DNA of 32,000 bases from Candidatus Saccharimonadota bacterium (GCA_016699265.1 CP064967.1:570001-602000), one strand, 5' to 3'; positions 16,105 to 25,130 are shown, numbered from the stretch's first letter. Notes: generated by a model from the sequence alone, not told the origin. A program made the numbers and translations.

Positions 16105-16805
16105 AAAAGTTGCTCGGTTGCTCTTCTTGCCTCCTCGGGAGTAATGGGTCTTCTTTGGACCTGAAATGGCCTCTTTTCCCCTACGATCATGACCGTTGTA
16201 TCGTACCCGTATGACAAAGAGTCCAAGACTAAGGTGGCGGTAAGTTGGTCGGTTGGAATGGTTGGGATATGGAAAACACCATGTGGTATTTCATGAGTCT
16301 CACCCTCTACCCTTATTCTTTCTTCAACTCTCTCAACAGTACACAGCGTACCATCTGTATCAAAGGTATCTAGACCATCGGTTTTATATCGCAACTTGAA
16401 TGGCCTTAAGACCTCAGACCCGTCATCTTCAGTGAAGTTACTATTAGCAACTCTCTGTATGCTATCAGAATAAGTACCCGCCAAAACAAAAGAGGCAAGA
16501 TCCCACGCATGGTTGTGTATATGGGGTCCTCGCTCACTCGTTGGACGTCCTCCCTCCGGCCAGATGTGCAACCTTAAAGATTGACCATGCTTATCGACAC
16601 CAAGATGATAGACCATAAACCCAAGTGGATGCCATTTTCCACTTAATCTATCCAAACTTGGAATTATTTCGTTCATCACGGGGCGAACCAATTTTTCAAG
16701 ACTTATCTTAGCGTCTTCAAAAAATCTAGCAGCCTCAACCGGTACCCCGACTCTTAAATGACCTTCATCATGAGTTTTTGGGCTAAATTCTTTTAGTTGA
16801 CTCAT
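16101..16805 (-). CDS. Hypothetical cupin-like protein embedded in the pyrimidine operon
   Basis: 234-aa ORF. The LRLHIWP ... GPHIHNHAWDLASFVLAG pattern resembles a cupin/CDO-like His cluster, a weak assignment made from memory. ATGA overlaps at both ends (16802-16805 and 16101-16104). Confidence 0.6.
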   Translation of the reverse strand: MSQLKEFSPKTHDEGHLRVGVPVEAARFFEDAKISLEKLVRPVMNEIIPSLDRLSGKWHPLGFMVYHLGVDKHGQSLRLHIWPEGGRPTSERGPHIHNHAWDLASFVLAGTYSDSIQRVANSNFTEDDGSEVLRPFKLRYKTDGLDTFDTDGTLCTVERVEERIRVEGETHEIPHGVFHIPTIPTDQLTATLVLDSLSYGYDTTVMIVGEKRPFQVQRRPITPEEARRATEQLL

Positions 16806-16942
16806 TGTTTTTTGAAGTACTCGTCGGATGATTTTACCTTAAGATCCTCTATGGTCTTTGAATGTACCGACTTAATGAATAACTGTGCTTTTCTTAAATT
16901 CGTCATTATATGAACATTGAAATCAACAGCAGCTCTTCTCAT
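16802..16942 (-). CDS. Possible 46-aa micro-ORF (MRRAAVDFNVHIMTNLRKAQLFIKSVHSKTIEDLKVKSSDEYFKKQ)
   Basis: Not in the supplied track because it is under 60 aa. ATG at 16942. Its TGA overlaps the ATG of the cupin-like ORF (ATGA at 16802-16805). It fills most of the otherwise unexplained 196-nt gap after carB. Confidence 0.35.
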   Translation of the reverse strand: MRRAAVDFNVHIMTNLRKAQLFIKSVHSKTIEDLKVKSSDEYFKKQ

Positions 16943-17001
16943 TATCGTATGATCATCAAGATCTTTTTTTATGTTGATATCCGTAATACTAATTACAAGA
17001 T

Positions 17002-20000
17002 CTACTTTTTCTGTTCAAATAGGGTTAGGATGTTTGGCGTTTTGTTTTCCTGTATTTTATGAATAACTCGTGTGTGGACACCACTACTTTTTAAAAATTT
17101 GTGAGTATTGGCTGTCGCAAATATCGGAATTCCCATTTGCTTCAGACGGAATGCTGTTGTAAATATTGACATTTTATTTTCCATACCATTTACAGTTAAA
17201 AATACACCTATGCGAGGGGCTCGCTCTCCAACACTTAATATAGCTTTATAAAATGCTTCATATACATCGTCCCCAAATGCAGCGGCCTCACCGGTTGAGG
17301 ACATCTCTACGTGAAGAACCGGATCTGCGCCATTAAGCTTGGCAAATGAGAATTGCGCAGCTTTCACAAGAACATGCTCTGGCGGTAAAATCTGAACTTT
17401 TTACCGTTATTATAATAGGCATCAACTATTGTTCTTGCGAAGTTATGAGAGGTTCCTCTTGATATAAAGGGGAAAGTGCGGGATGCTCTCGCATTCATCT
17501 CGATGATAAACACGTCGCTGCTAAGTCCTAAAAACTGCATATTAAATGGTCCAGTTATGTTAAGCTTTTTAACGAGTTTCTCAGCATTTGTCATAATTCG
17601 TTTTTCTGTAAGGAGATAGACCCGCTGAGCGGGATAAATAATAGAGGCGTCTCCAGAATGTACACCTGCATCCTCTACATGTTCGCTGAGTGCGCTTACC
17701 AAAATCTCACCATTTTGAGCTACTCCATCTAGCTCAATCTCTTTTGCATACATGAAGAACTTAGAAATTGCGATTGGATGTTCTTTCCCAAGAATTGTTG
17801 CTTTTGTAATATATGTTTCAAGTTCTTCCGCAGTGTTACATACGCTCATTGCGGCTCCTGAGAGAACGTATGAAGGTCGTATCAATACCGGAAACTTAAC
17901 TTTTGTAGCAAACACCACTGCATCTTTCATAGAGTTCACCTTTCGCCATGATGGCTGCTGAATTCCAAGATCATCGCATAGTGCGGAAAACTTCGTTCTA
18001 TCCTCGACCATATCGATTTGTTTTGGTTGAGTTCCAAGAATATGAACACCTTCTCCTGCGAGCTTTTGCAAAATATTATGTGGCGCCTGACCTCCCACTG
18101 ATGCGATTACTCCTTGAGATTTCTCAAATTCGTAAATATCGGTCACGCTTTCGAATGTTAGTTCTTCAAAATAAAGTCGGTCTGACATGTCGTAGTCGGT
18201 AGATACAGTCTCTGGATTACAGTTGATGATGATTGATTTTTTATGATATTTCTTTAAAGCCAATGCTGTATTTACACAAGTCCAGTCAAATTCTACAGAC
18301 GAGCCAATTCTGTACGGACCTGACCCCAACACCATCACTCCTTGTTTTCCTAACGGATCAACATCATGATGCGCACCGTTATATGTGAGATAAAGATAAT
18401 TTGTTTTTGCCGGAACCTCTCCTGCCAATGTATCTACACGAAACACAGATGGACGTATACCCAACTTCTTTCTCAACGATCTTATATTGCTTTCTGTTTT
18501 TTTTACCACTTTTCCAATACGTCTATCAGAAAAGCCAAGCTCTTTGAGATTGAGCATCGTCTTCTTTTTATTTATCTTTCTTGCCTGCGCTCTCAGCTTC
18601 TTCTCAGTAAGAACTATGTTCTCAATTCTGTAGAGAAACCAAGGATCGATACCAGTTAGCTTATGTACTTTCCCAACGGTAAAATTTTTCTTGAACGCTT
18701 CAACAAGAGCAAATAATCTTCTTGTTGTTGGCGTTGTAAGATGATGTATTAATTCCTTCCCCGTTTCTGGTGTGCGGTAGTCTGTGATTCCATCACGACC
18801 AAGATCGAGCATTCGAACTGCTTTTTGTATAGCCTCTTCAAACTTTCTTCCAATTGCCATCACCTCTCCTACCGACTTCATACTTGATCCAAGCTTGTTT
18901 TCCACACCTCTAAACTTTTCGAGATCCCAACGAGGAAGTTTAACTACGAGATAGTCCAGTGCTGGCTCGAAGAACGCTTTTGTTACCTGAGTCACTTTAT
19001 TATCAATCTCTATTAGTGATTTTCCTAAAATGAGTTTGGCTGCAATATATGCGAGAGGGTATCCGGTTGCCTTTGATGCTAAGGCTGAAGATCTGGACAG
19101 ACGTGGATTAAGTTCGATTACGTAGTATTCAAGTTCTTGCTGTGGATTTCGACCAGAGGTCGATCGCCCTTTGGGCGATAGCGCAAACTGCACATTACAC
19201 TCTCCGACAATGTTGAGACTACGAACAATTTGTATAGCTACTGCACGAAGATGATGATACTCAAAGTTTGTGAGAGTCTGACTAGGAGCAACAACAATTG
19301 AGTCGCCTGTATGAATTCCCAATGGATCCATATTCTCCATATTACAAACAGCCACACAGTTGTCATAACTATCCCTCACAATCTCGTACTCAATCTCCTT
19401 AAAATGATGAAGATACTTCTCGATTAAAACCTGGGGTGAGAATGCAAAGACTTCCTTAATCATTTTTTCAAACTGCGTCTTGTCATGGGCTACTCCCGAC
19501 TTCTGTCCGCCAAGGGCAAATCCAGCTCGTATCATAATCGGAAATCCTATTTGCTTAAGTGCTGTTCTAGCAGAATCGATTGACGAAACGGCAATACTGT
19601 TTGGAGTAGGAACATTCATTCCATGCAGGTGTTTAGAAAAAAGCTTTCTGTCTTCTGAGATACTTATTGATGGGACAGAAGTGCCCAGCACCTCTACGTT
19701 ATACTTTTCAAATACTCCTTTCTTGCCAAGATTCATTGCGCAGTTTAAGGCAGTCTGTCCTCCAAACGATAGAGCTATAGAGTCAACTTTTTCTTTTTTT
19801 ATTATCTCTTCGACAAAGTGATCGTTAATTGGGAGGTAGTAGACCTTATCTGCCAGTCCTTCAGACGTTTGGTAAGTTGCAATGTTAGGATTTATCAGTA
19901 CTACTTTGTGTCCCTCTTCCTTAAAGGCCTTAATTGCCTGTGAACCTGAGTAATCAAACTCGCCTGCCTGTCCAATTTTCAATGCGCCTGACCCTAAAAG

Positions 20001-20024
20001 TAAAATTTTTCTATTTTTTTTCAT
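17002..20024 (-). CDS. carB: Carbamoyl-phosphate synthase large subunit, with one apparent frame break
   Basis: Two ATP-grasp halves (GSGALKIGQAGEFDYSGSQA; GSGPYRIGSSVEFDW; NPRLSRSSALASKATGYPLA). Fragments 17364..20024 and 17002..17367 join as NNGKKVQILPPEHVLVKAAQFSF if one T is added to run 17398-17402. Confidence 0.95.
19149..19179 (-). repeat. In-frame 30-nt double-hairpin element, copy 3 (encodes SPKGRSTSGR inside CarB)
   Basis: CGACC-AGA-GGTCG (19150-19162) then ATCGCCC-TTT-GGGCGAT (19163-19179). It interrupts the conserved NVQFAL|NP..VIELNPR segment. Confidence 0.8.
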
Positions 20025-21054
20025 TTATTTTTTTCAAAAAATAATCAAATATCCACTCAGTATCGATCGGCCCTGGATTTGCTTCAGGATGAAACTGGAC
20101 AGACATTATTGGTAGGTTTTTGTGAATTAGACCTTCATTTGTCCGATCGTTTGCATTTATAAACCACTGATTAAACCCATTGGGAACATTTGAAACTACG
20201 AACCCATGGTTCTGAGTTGTCAAGAAACATCGTTTAGTTCCAACTAATATACAAGGTTGATTCTGTCCTCTATGCCCGAACTTGAGCTTCTTAGTTTTGC
20301 CACCCGCCGCTAGAGCAATTATTTGGTTTCCTAAACATATACCCAACATAGGAACCTTCTTGTTCATTAGCTCCTGAACATTTTTTATTGTCTGTGGGAC
20401 CATAGTTGGGTCTCCCGGTCCATTTGAGACAAGCACCGCATCGAATTTTTCCTTTAGATGTAGCGGGTTCATATCCCATGGCACAGTTATTACCCGTACA
20501 TTTCTTTTAGTTAGACAGTTAGAAATATTTCTTTTTGTGCCACAGTCTATCTGCACAATTGTTCTCTTTCCCGTTCCTTCATACGTTACATTTCTTTGAG
20601 AGACTTTAGAAACAAGGTTTTCTTTGTTCGGATCTGAGAAGGATATATTCTCGCCAACTATGATTTTACCAAGAAGCGCTCCATGCATTCGTATTTTTTT
20701 TGTCAGTAGTCTAGTATCTCTCACCTCAAGAGCTGGAATCCTTTCTTTTATCAACCACTCTTGAAGAGTCATTCTGGATTGATAATGTGAAGGAGTGCTG
20801 TTGTATGTAGAGACGATAAGACCTGAGATCTGAATTTTATTTGACTCCCAATATTTTTTGTCAGGTACTCCATAGCTTCCAACTATCGGATAGGTCATAA
20901 CCAGTATCTGTCCTGCAAATGAAGGGTCGGTAAAGGCTTCGGGGTATCCGGTCATTCCGGTGGCAAACACAACCTCGCCAGAAATAGATGAGCGATGCCC
21001 AAAAGAATTTCCTTCAAACGAGGTTCCATCCTCAAGCACTAACTTGGTATTCAT
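20011..21054 (-). CDS. carA: Carbamoyl-phosphate synthase small (glutaminase) subunit
   Basis: 347-aa ORF with GICLGNQ (catalytic Cys) and VQFHPEA. 14-nt overlap with the carB start and ATGA overlap with the pyrB stop. Confidence 0.93.
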   Translation of the reverse strand: MNTKLVLEDGTSFEGNSFGHRSSISGEVVFATGMTGYPEAFTDPSFAGQILVMTYPIVGSYGVPDKKYWESNKIQISGLIVSTYNSTPSHYQSRMTLQEWLIKERIPALEVRDTRLLTKKIRMHGALLGKIIVGENISFSDPNKENLVSKVSQRNVTYEGTGKRTIVQIDCGTKRNISNCLTKRNVRVITVPWDMNPLHLKEKFDAVLVSNGPGDPTMVPQTIKNVQELMNKKVPMLGICLGNQIIALAAGGKTKKLKFGHRGQNQPCILVGTKRCFLTTQNHGFVVSNVPNGFNQWFINANDRTNEGLIHKNLPIMSVQFHPEANPGPIDTEWIFDYFLKKINEKK

Positions 21055-21992
21055 ATTTTTTTCAACACTAATGCGAGAAGTGCCATGCGTACATACATAC
21101 CGTTTTTTGCCTGCTCAAAATAAACTGATCGAGGATCAGAATCAACCTCTATTGATATCTCATCAATTCGCGGAAGAGGATTCATAATTATCAGTTTTTT
21201 ATTGCCGTATTTCTTAAGAAAAGATGGAGTTACGACAAAAGACTCTTTAATTTTTTTCGCTTCTTTGCGAGATACAAACCGTTCCTTCTGTATCCTATTC
21301 CAATACCAAATGTGGGCATCCAACGGCATATCCTTTTCATTAAATATTTCCTCTACCTTTAATCCCTTTTTTTTAAGTTGAGCAAACAAATCTCGAGACA
21401 AACTTAATTTTTTTGGTGAAAGAAAGTATACGGTATTGTTTGAATATAGAGATAAACCTAATGCTAATGAACGCATTGCTCTACTGTGCAAAGGATCTCC
21501 TCCGATAACTACTTTAAGGTTGGACAATCTTCCAAATTTAGATTTAATAGTATATAAGTCCAACAAAGTTTGAGTTGGATGCTCGTTACCTCCATCACCC
21601 GCATTCAGAACCGGAACATTCGCAACCACTGCAGCTCTTGCTGCAGATCCCGATTCAGGATGCCGAATTACAATCAAGTCTGAGTATCCATTATAAATTC
21701 TGATCGTGTCCTCGAAAGTCTCTCCCTTTACCATTGAAGTTACAGAGATATCGCGTAGTCCAATTACTCCTGCGCCGAGTCTCTGTGCAGCACTTGAAAA
21801 TGAGTTATATGTTCTCGTCGATGGTTCAAAAAAAAGGAGAGCAATTATGCTCCCCTTAAGTAGATTACTGCACTTATTTTTATTACTAAGAGCTATTATT
21901 TTCTTAGTTGAGTGGAGAATTTTATCAATCGACTTTCTATCAAATTGTGCAAGTGAAAGTATATCTTTACCCGCGTATAGACCCTTACTCAT
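21051..21992 (-). CDS. pyrB: Aspartate carbamoyltransferase catalytic subunit
   Basis: 313-aa ORF with FFEPSTRT, HPTQ and PLPR motifs. First gene of the pyrB-carA-carB-...-pyrC unit. Confidence 0.93.
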   Translation of the reverse strand: MSKGLYAGKDILSLAQFDRKSIDKILHSTKKIIALSNKNKCSNLLKGSIIALLFFEPSTRTYNSFSSAAQRLGAGVIGLRDISVTSMVKGETFEDTIRIYNGYSDLIVIRHPESGSAARAAVVANVPVLNAGDGGNEHPTQTLLDLYTIKSKFGRLSNLKVVIGGDPLHSRAMRSLALGLSLYSNNTVYFLSPKKLSLSRDLFAQLKKKGLKVEEIFNEKDMPLDAHIWYWNRIQKERFVSRKEAKKIKESFVVTPSFLKKYGNKKLIIMNPLPRIDEISIEVDSDPRSVYFEQAKNGMYVRMALLALVLKKI

Positions 21993-22004
21993 ATTATGCC
22001 TAAC

Positions 22005-22032
22005 AGTCTAGCAGAGTAACTTTAAAATGCAA
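22005..22032 (-). promoter_or_regulatory. Sigma70-like promoter of the pyr operon
   Basis: On the minus strand: TTGCAT (22032-22027), 16 nt, TAGACT (22010-22005). The ATG at 21992 is 12 nt downstream. Confidence 0.45.
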
Positions 22033-22048
22033 TGCAAAAAACGCGAAC

Positions 22049-22076
22049 TTGAAAACTTTATTTTGTTACGTATAAT
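22049..22076 (+). promoter_or_regulatory. Sigma70-like promoter of guaB
   Basis: TTGAAA (22049-22054), 16 nt, TATAAT (22071-22076). The ATG at 22082 is only 5 nt downstream. Confidence 0.55.
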
Positions 22077-22081
22077 AGATC

Positions 22082-23227
22082 ATGGTAGACAAAATAAAAT
22101 CTACTGGCATTACCTTCGACGACGTTCTTCTTGTTCCCGGTTATAGCGACTTTAGTAGAGCCGATATTTCGTTGAAAACAAGGATCTCAAAAAGAATTTC
22201 TATTGATATTCCATTCACCTCAGCTCCCATGGACACGGTCACCGAAAGCACACTATCAATAGCGCTTGGTTCAGTTGGTGGTTTAGGAATTATTCATAGA
22301 AATCTTTCTGTAGAAAACCAAGCGAAGGAAGTTGAAAAAGTTAAAAAATTGAAACTCAAGGTTGGAGCTGCCATTGGAACGAGCAAAGGATTTGAAGATA
22401 GGGTTAAAGCATTAATAAATGCTGGAGCAGATCTCATTGCCTTAGATAGTGCGCATGGATTTACTTCATCTCTCATTAAGGCACTTAAATTTATCAAAAA
22501 ACAGTATCCTAAAGTTGATGTAATGGCTGGAAACATCGCTACATCTGATGGTGCGCGTGCTCTAATTCTTGCGGGAGCTGATAGTTTGCGTGTTGGAATG
22601 GGACCAGGTGCAATCTGTACAACTCGAATTGTTTCAGGTATGGGAATTCCCCAGATTACCGCTATCCTGGAAACATCACGTGCCGCCGCCAAATCTGGAG
22701 TTCCTGTAATCGCAGATGGTGGTATTAAGTTTTCCGGTGACATTACAAAGGCACTAGCAGCTGGAGCGAGTGCATGTATGATGGGGAGTTTTTTTGCGTC
22801 CTGCGAAGAGGCGCCAGGCCAAACTTACAGACTCTCCCCTGCACAGATTCCTGCACGCTTTAAAAGCATTATCGGAAAAAATCCCAAGGCCACATATTTA
22901 TTCAAATCATACCGAGGAATGGGTTCTGTTGGAGCAATGAAAAAAGGTGAAAAAATTAAATCGGAGGACGAGTACCATGGAAAAAATTATAGTGACCGCG
23001 TTCTCGTTGCAGAAGGCGTAGAAGGTTTAGTTCCGGTAAAGGGCTCGGTAAAGCAAGTGATCGATCAGGCAATCGGAGGAATAACATCCGGTATGTATTA
23101 TGTAGGAGTTAGGTCAATTTTAGAGCTACAGAAAAAATCTTCTTTTATACAGATCACACACGCATCCCTTACTGAAAGTCATCCGCATAATATTCTCGTA
23201 ACAAATCCGGGAGAAAATTATGTCTAA
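22082..23227 (+). CDS. guaB: IMP dehydrogenase lacking the CBS (Bateman) subdomain
   Basis: 381-aa ORF with [20 protein letters not shown], the catalytic loop [11 protein letters not shown], and [15 protein letters not shown] runs straight into LKVGAAIG, where the ~120-aa CBS pair normally sits. Confidence 0.88.
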   Translation: MVDKIKSTGITFDDVLLVPGYSDFSRADISLKTRISKRISIDIPFTSAPMDTVTESTLSIALGSVGGLGIIHRNLSVENQAKEVEKVKKLKLKVGAAIGTSKGFEDRVKALINAGADLIALDSAHGFTSSLIKALKFIKKQYPKVDVMAGNIATSDGARALILAGADSLRVGMGPGAICTTRIVSGMGIPQITAILETSRAAAKSGVPVIADGGIKFSGDITKALAAGASACMMGSFFASCEEAPGQTYRLSPAQIPARFKSIIGKNPKATYLFKSYRGMGSVGAMKKGEKIKSEDEYHGKNYSDRVLVAEGVEGLVPVKGSVKQVIDQAIGGITSGMYYVGVRSILELQKKSSFIQITHASLTESHPHNILVTNPGENYV

Positions 23228-23831
23228 ACTTCTCATCGCAACACATAATAAAGCGAAGTTTGAAGAAATCAAACACTTTCTTGGCTTGCTTCTACCACAA
23301 GCGCAGATAATTTCATTATCAGATCTCAACATAACTTATGAACCAGACGAAACTGGGAAAACTTTTTTTGATAACGCAAAAATCAAGGCAGAATACTATG
23401 GTAAGATCTCTCTCCTACCAACACTAGCTGACGATGGAGGTCTGGTCATAGATTCTCTTGGCGGGGAACCTGGTGTGAAATCAAACAGATGGCCAGGCCA
23501 TCGAGGATCTGACAAGGAACTAATTACTTATTGCATGGACAGAATGAAGAAAATAGAAAAGCAAAATCGAACTGCACGGTTCGAGACCTGTCTTTATTTC
23601 TATGATCATTTAAATAAACGTAGTACTTTCGCTTCAGGTGCTGTTGAAGGTATTATCTCAGAACGTTCTACAAAGAATTTTGTTCTCGGATACCCTTACA
23701 GATCGGTATTTATAGTCGATGGATTTAATAAGTTTTATACCGATCTTTCTGAAGAAGAACATGAAAAAATCAACCATCGACTCAAAGCACTGAATCAAAT
23801 AGCTCAGAAGCTAAAGACTTGGTACAATTAG
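23220..23831 (+). CDS. rdgB: Non-canonical purine NTP pyrophosphatase (RdgB/HAM1 family)
   Basis: LLIATHNKAKFEEIK and GGEPGVKSNRW motifs. GGGAG Shine-Dalgarno (23209-23213) 6 nt upstream. 8-nt overlap with guaB. Confidence 0.85.
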   Translation: MSKLLIATHNKAKFEEIKHFLGLLLPQAQIISLSDLNITYEPDETGKTFFDNAKIKAEYYGKISLLPTLADDGGLVIDSLGGEPGVKSNRWPGHRGSDKELITYCMDRMKKIEKQNRTARFETCLYFYDHLNKRSTFASGAVEGIISERSTKNFVLGYPYRSVFIVDGFNKFYTDLSEEEHEKINHRLKALNQIAQKLKTWYN

Positions 23832-23834
23832 GGT

Positions 23835-25130
23835 ATGTTATCTATAGACTTCATTCGGGAGAACAAACAAAAAGTTGCAGATGCGGCGAAACATAAAAAC
23901 CGCGTCGTAGAGCTAGATACAATTTTGTCATATGATGAAGAACGTAAGCAACTCATTCACAAGATACAGAAACTTCGTGAACAGCGAAATACTCAGTCAG
24001 AAGCTAAACCCGATGATTCGGTCATCGCACAAGGAAAAAAAATTAAGGAAGAGCTGAAGACATTAGAATCTCGGTTACTTGAGATAGATACCAAACTTCA
24101 AGCACTTCTACTTCAGATACCAAATGTTCCATTGGACCGAGTTCCGGTTGGAAAGGATGAGAAGGATAATGTTCGTGAACGACTTTGGGGAAAGGTACCA
24201 GAGTTTTCTTTCAAGTCGAAATCTCATATCGAGCTCGCAGAGGACCTTGATTTGGTTGATTTTGTCAGAGGATCTAAAGTTTCGGGATATAGAGGATACT
24301 TCCTTAAAAACGAGCTTGCCCAACTTCATATCGGAGTCCTTATGTTTGCCTACCAAACATTGATAAAAAATGGTTTTACTCCTCTAATTGCTCCATCATT
24401 AGTAAAGGCTTTTGCTCTCGAAGGAACGGGTCAGTTTCCATGGGGTAAGGAAGAGGTCTATGAGACAAATGACACCGATACATATCTTTCTGGTACCGCT
24501 GAGGTTCCGGTTACAGCACTTCACTCAGGCGATATTCTTGCGGAGTCAGATCTGCCAAAAAAGTATGTTGCGCTTTCCCCATGTTTTAGAAAAGAAGCTG
24601 GCTCTTATGGTAAAGATACAAAGGGCCTGTATCGTGTTCACGAATTTTGGAAAATAGAACAGGTAGTTTTAGCCAAAAATGATCCCGCTGAAGGACTCGC
24701 TATTCATGAGGAACTTATGAAAAATGCTGAGGAAATTCTTCAAGGTTTGGAGCTGCCTTACGAAGTAATGTTGATGTGTACCGGAGATATGGGCGAACCT
24801 CAACAGTATAAACACGATATTAATACCTGGATGCCATCTCGAAACGCATACTCGGAGACTATGTCAAACTCACTCATGGGCGATTTCCAAGCACGTCGTC
24901 TCAACCTAAAGTATCGAACCAAGGATGGTAAAACGCAATACTGTTACACACTAAACAATACCTGCATAGCTTCCCCACGCATACTCATAGCTCTTCTCGA
25001 AAATCATCAACAGGAAGATGGATCAGTCAAGATTCCAAAAGCTCTCCAGCCCTTTGCAGGTTTTAAAGAAATAAGAAATAAGTCCCGATTCTTCAGAATC
25101 GCGGATCCCGATCGTATATCGGGAAACTAA
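23835..25130 (+). CDS. serS: Seryl-tRNA synthetase
   Basis: 431-aa ORF with an N-terminal coiled-coil arm, GTAEVP, CFRKEAGSYGKDTKGLYRVHEF (motif 2) and the class II core. The last ~15 aa (SRFFRIADPDRISGN) are encoded by GC-rich hairpins. Confidence 0.93.
   Translation: MLSIDFIRENKQKVADAAKHKNRVVELDTILSYDEERKQLIHKIQKLREQRNTQSEAKPDDSVIAQGKKIKEELKTLESRLLEIDTKLQALLLQIPNVPLDRVPVGKDEKDNVRERLWGKVPEFSFKSKSHIELAEDLDLVDFVRGSKVSGYRGYFLKNELAQLHIGVLMFAYQTLIKNGFTPLIAPSLVKAFALEGTGQFPWGKEEVYETNDTDTYLSGTAEVPVTALHSGDILAESDLPKKYVALSPCFRKEAGSYGKDTKGLYRVHEFWKIEQVVLAKNDPAEGLAIHEELMKNAEEILQGLELPYEVMLMCTGDMGEPQQYKHDINTWMPSRNAYSETMSNSLMGDFQARRLNLKYRTKDGKTQYCYTLNNTCIASPRILIALLENHQQEDGSVKIPKALQPFAGFKEIRNKSRFFRIADPDRISGN
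25082..25124. terminator. Tandem GC-rich hairpins inside the serS 3' end, a likely terminator for the convergent PBP gene
   Basis: CGATTC (25086-25091) / GAATCG (25096-25101) and TCCCGAT (25106-25112) / ATCGGGA (25118-25124). Read on the minus strand, they are followed by a T-rich run. Confidence 0.5.

Noticed and set aside
22294-22743. 149-aa antisense ORF inside guaB. Similar long antisense or alternative-frame ORFs occur at 29123..29677, 6214..6645, 6330..6662, 13538..13882, 19480..19821 and 832..2385.
   Set aside because: Each is fully contained in a gene with clear family motifs on the other strand or frame. Their translations are Pro/Ser/Arg-rich or otherwise featureless, which is typical of shadow ORFs.
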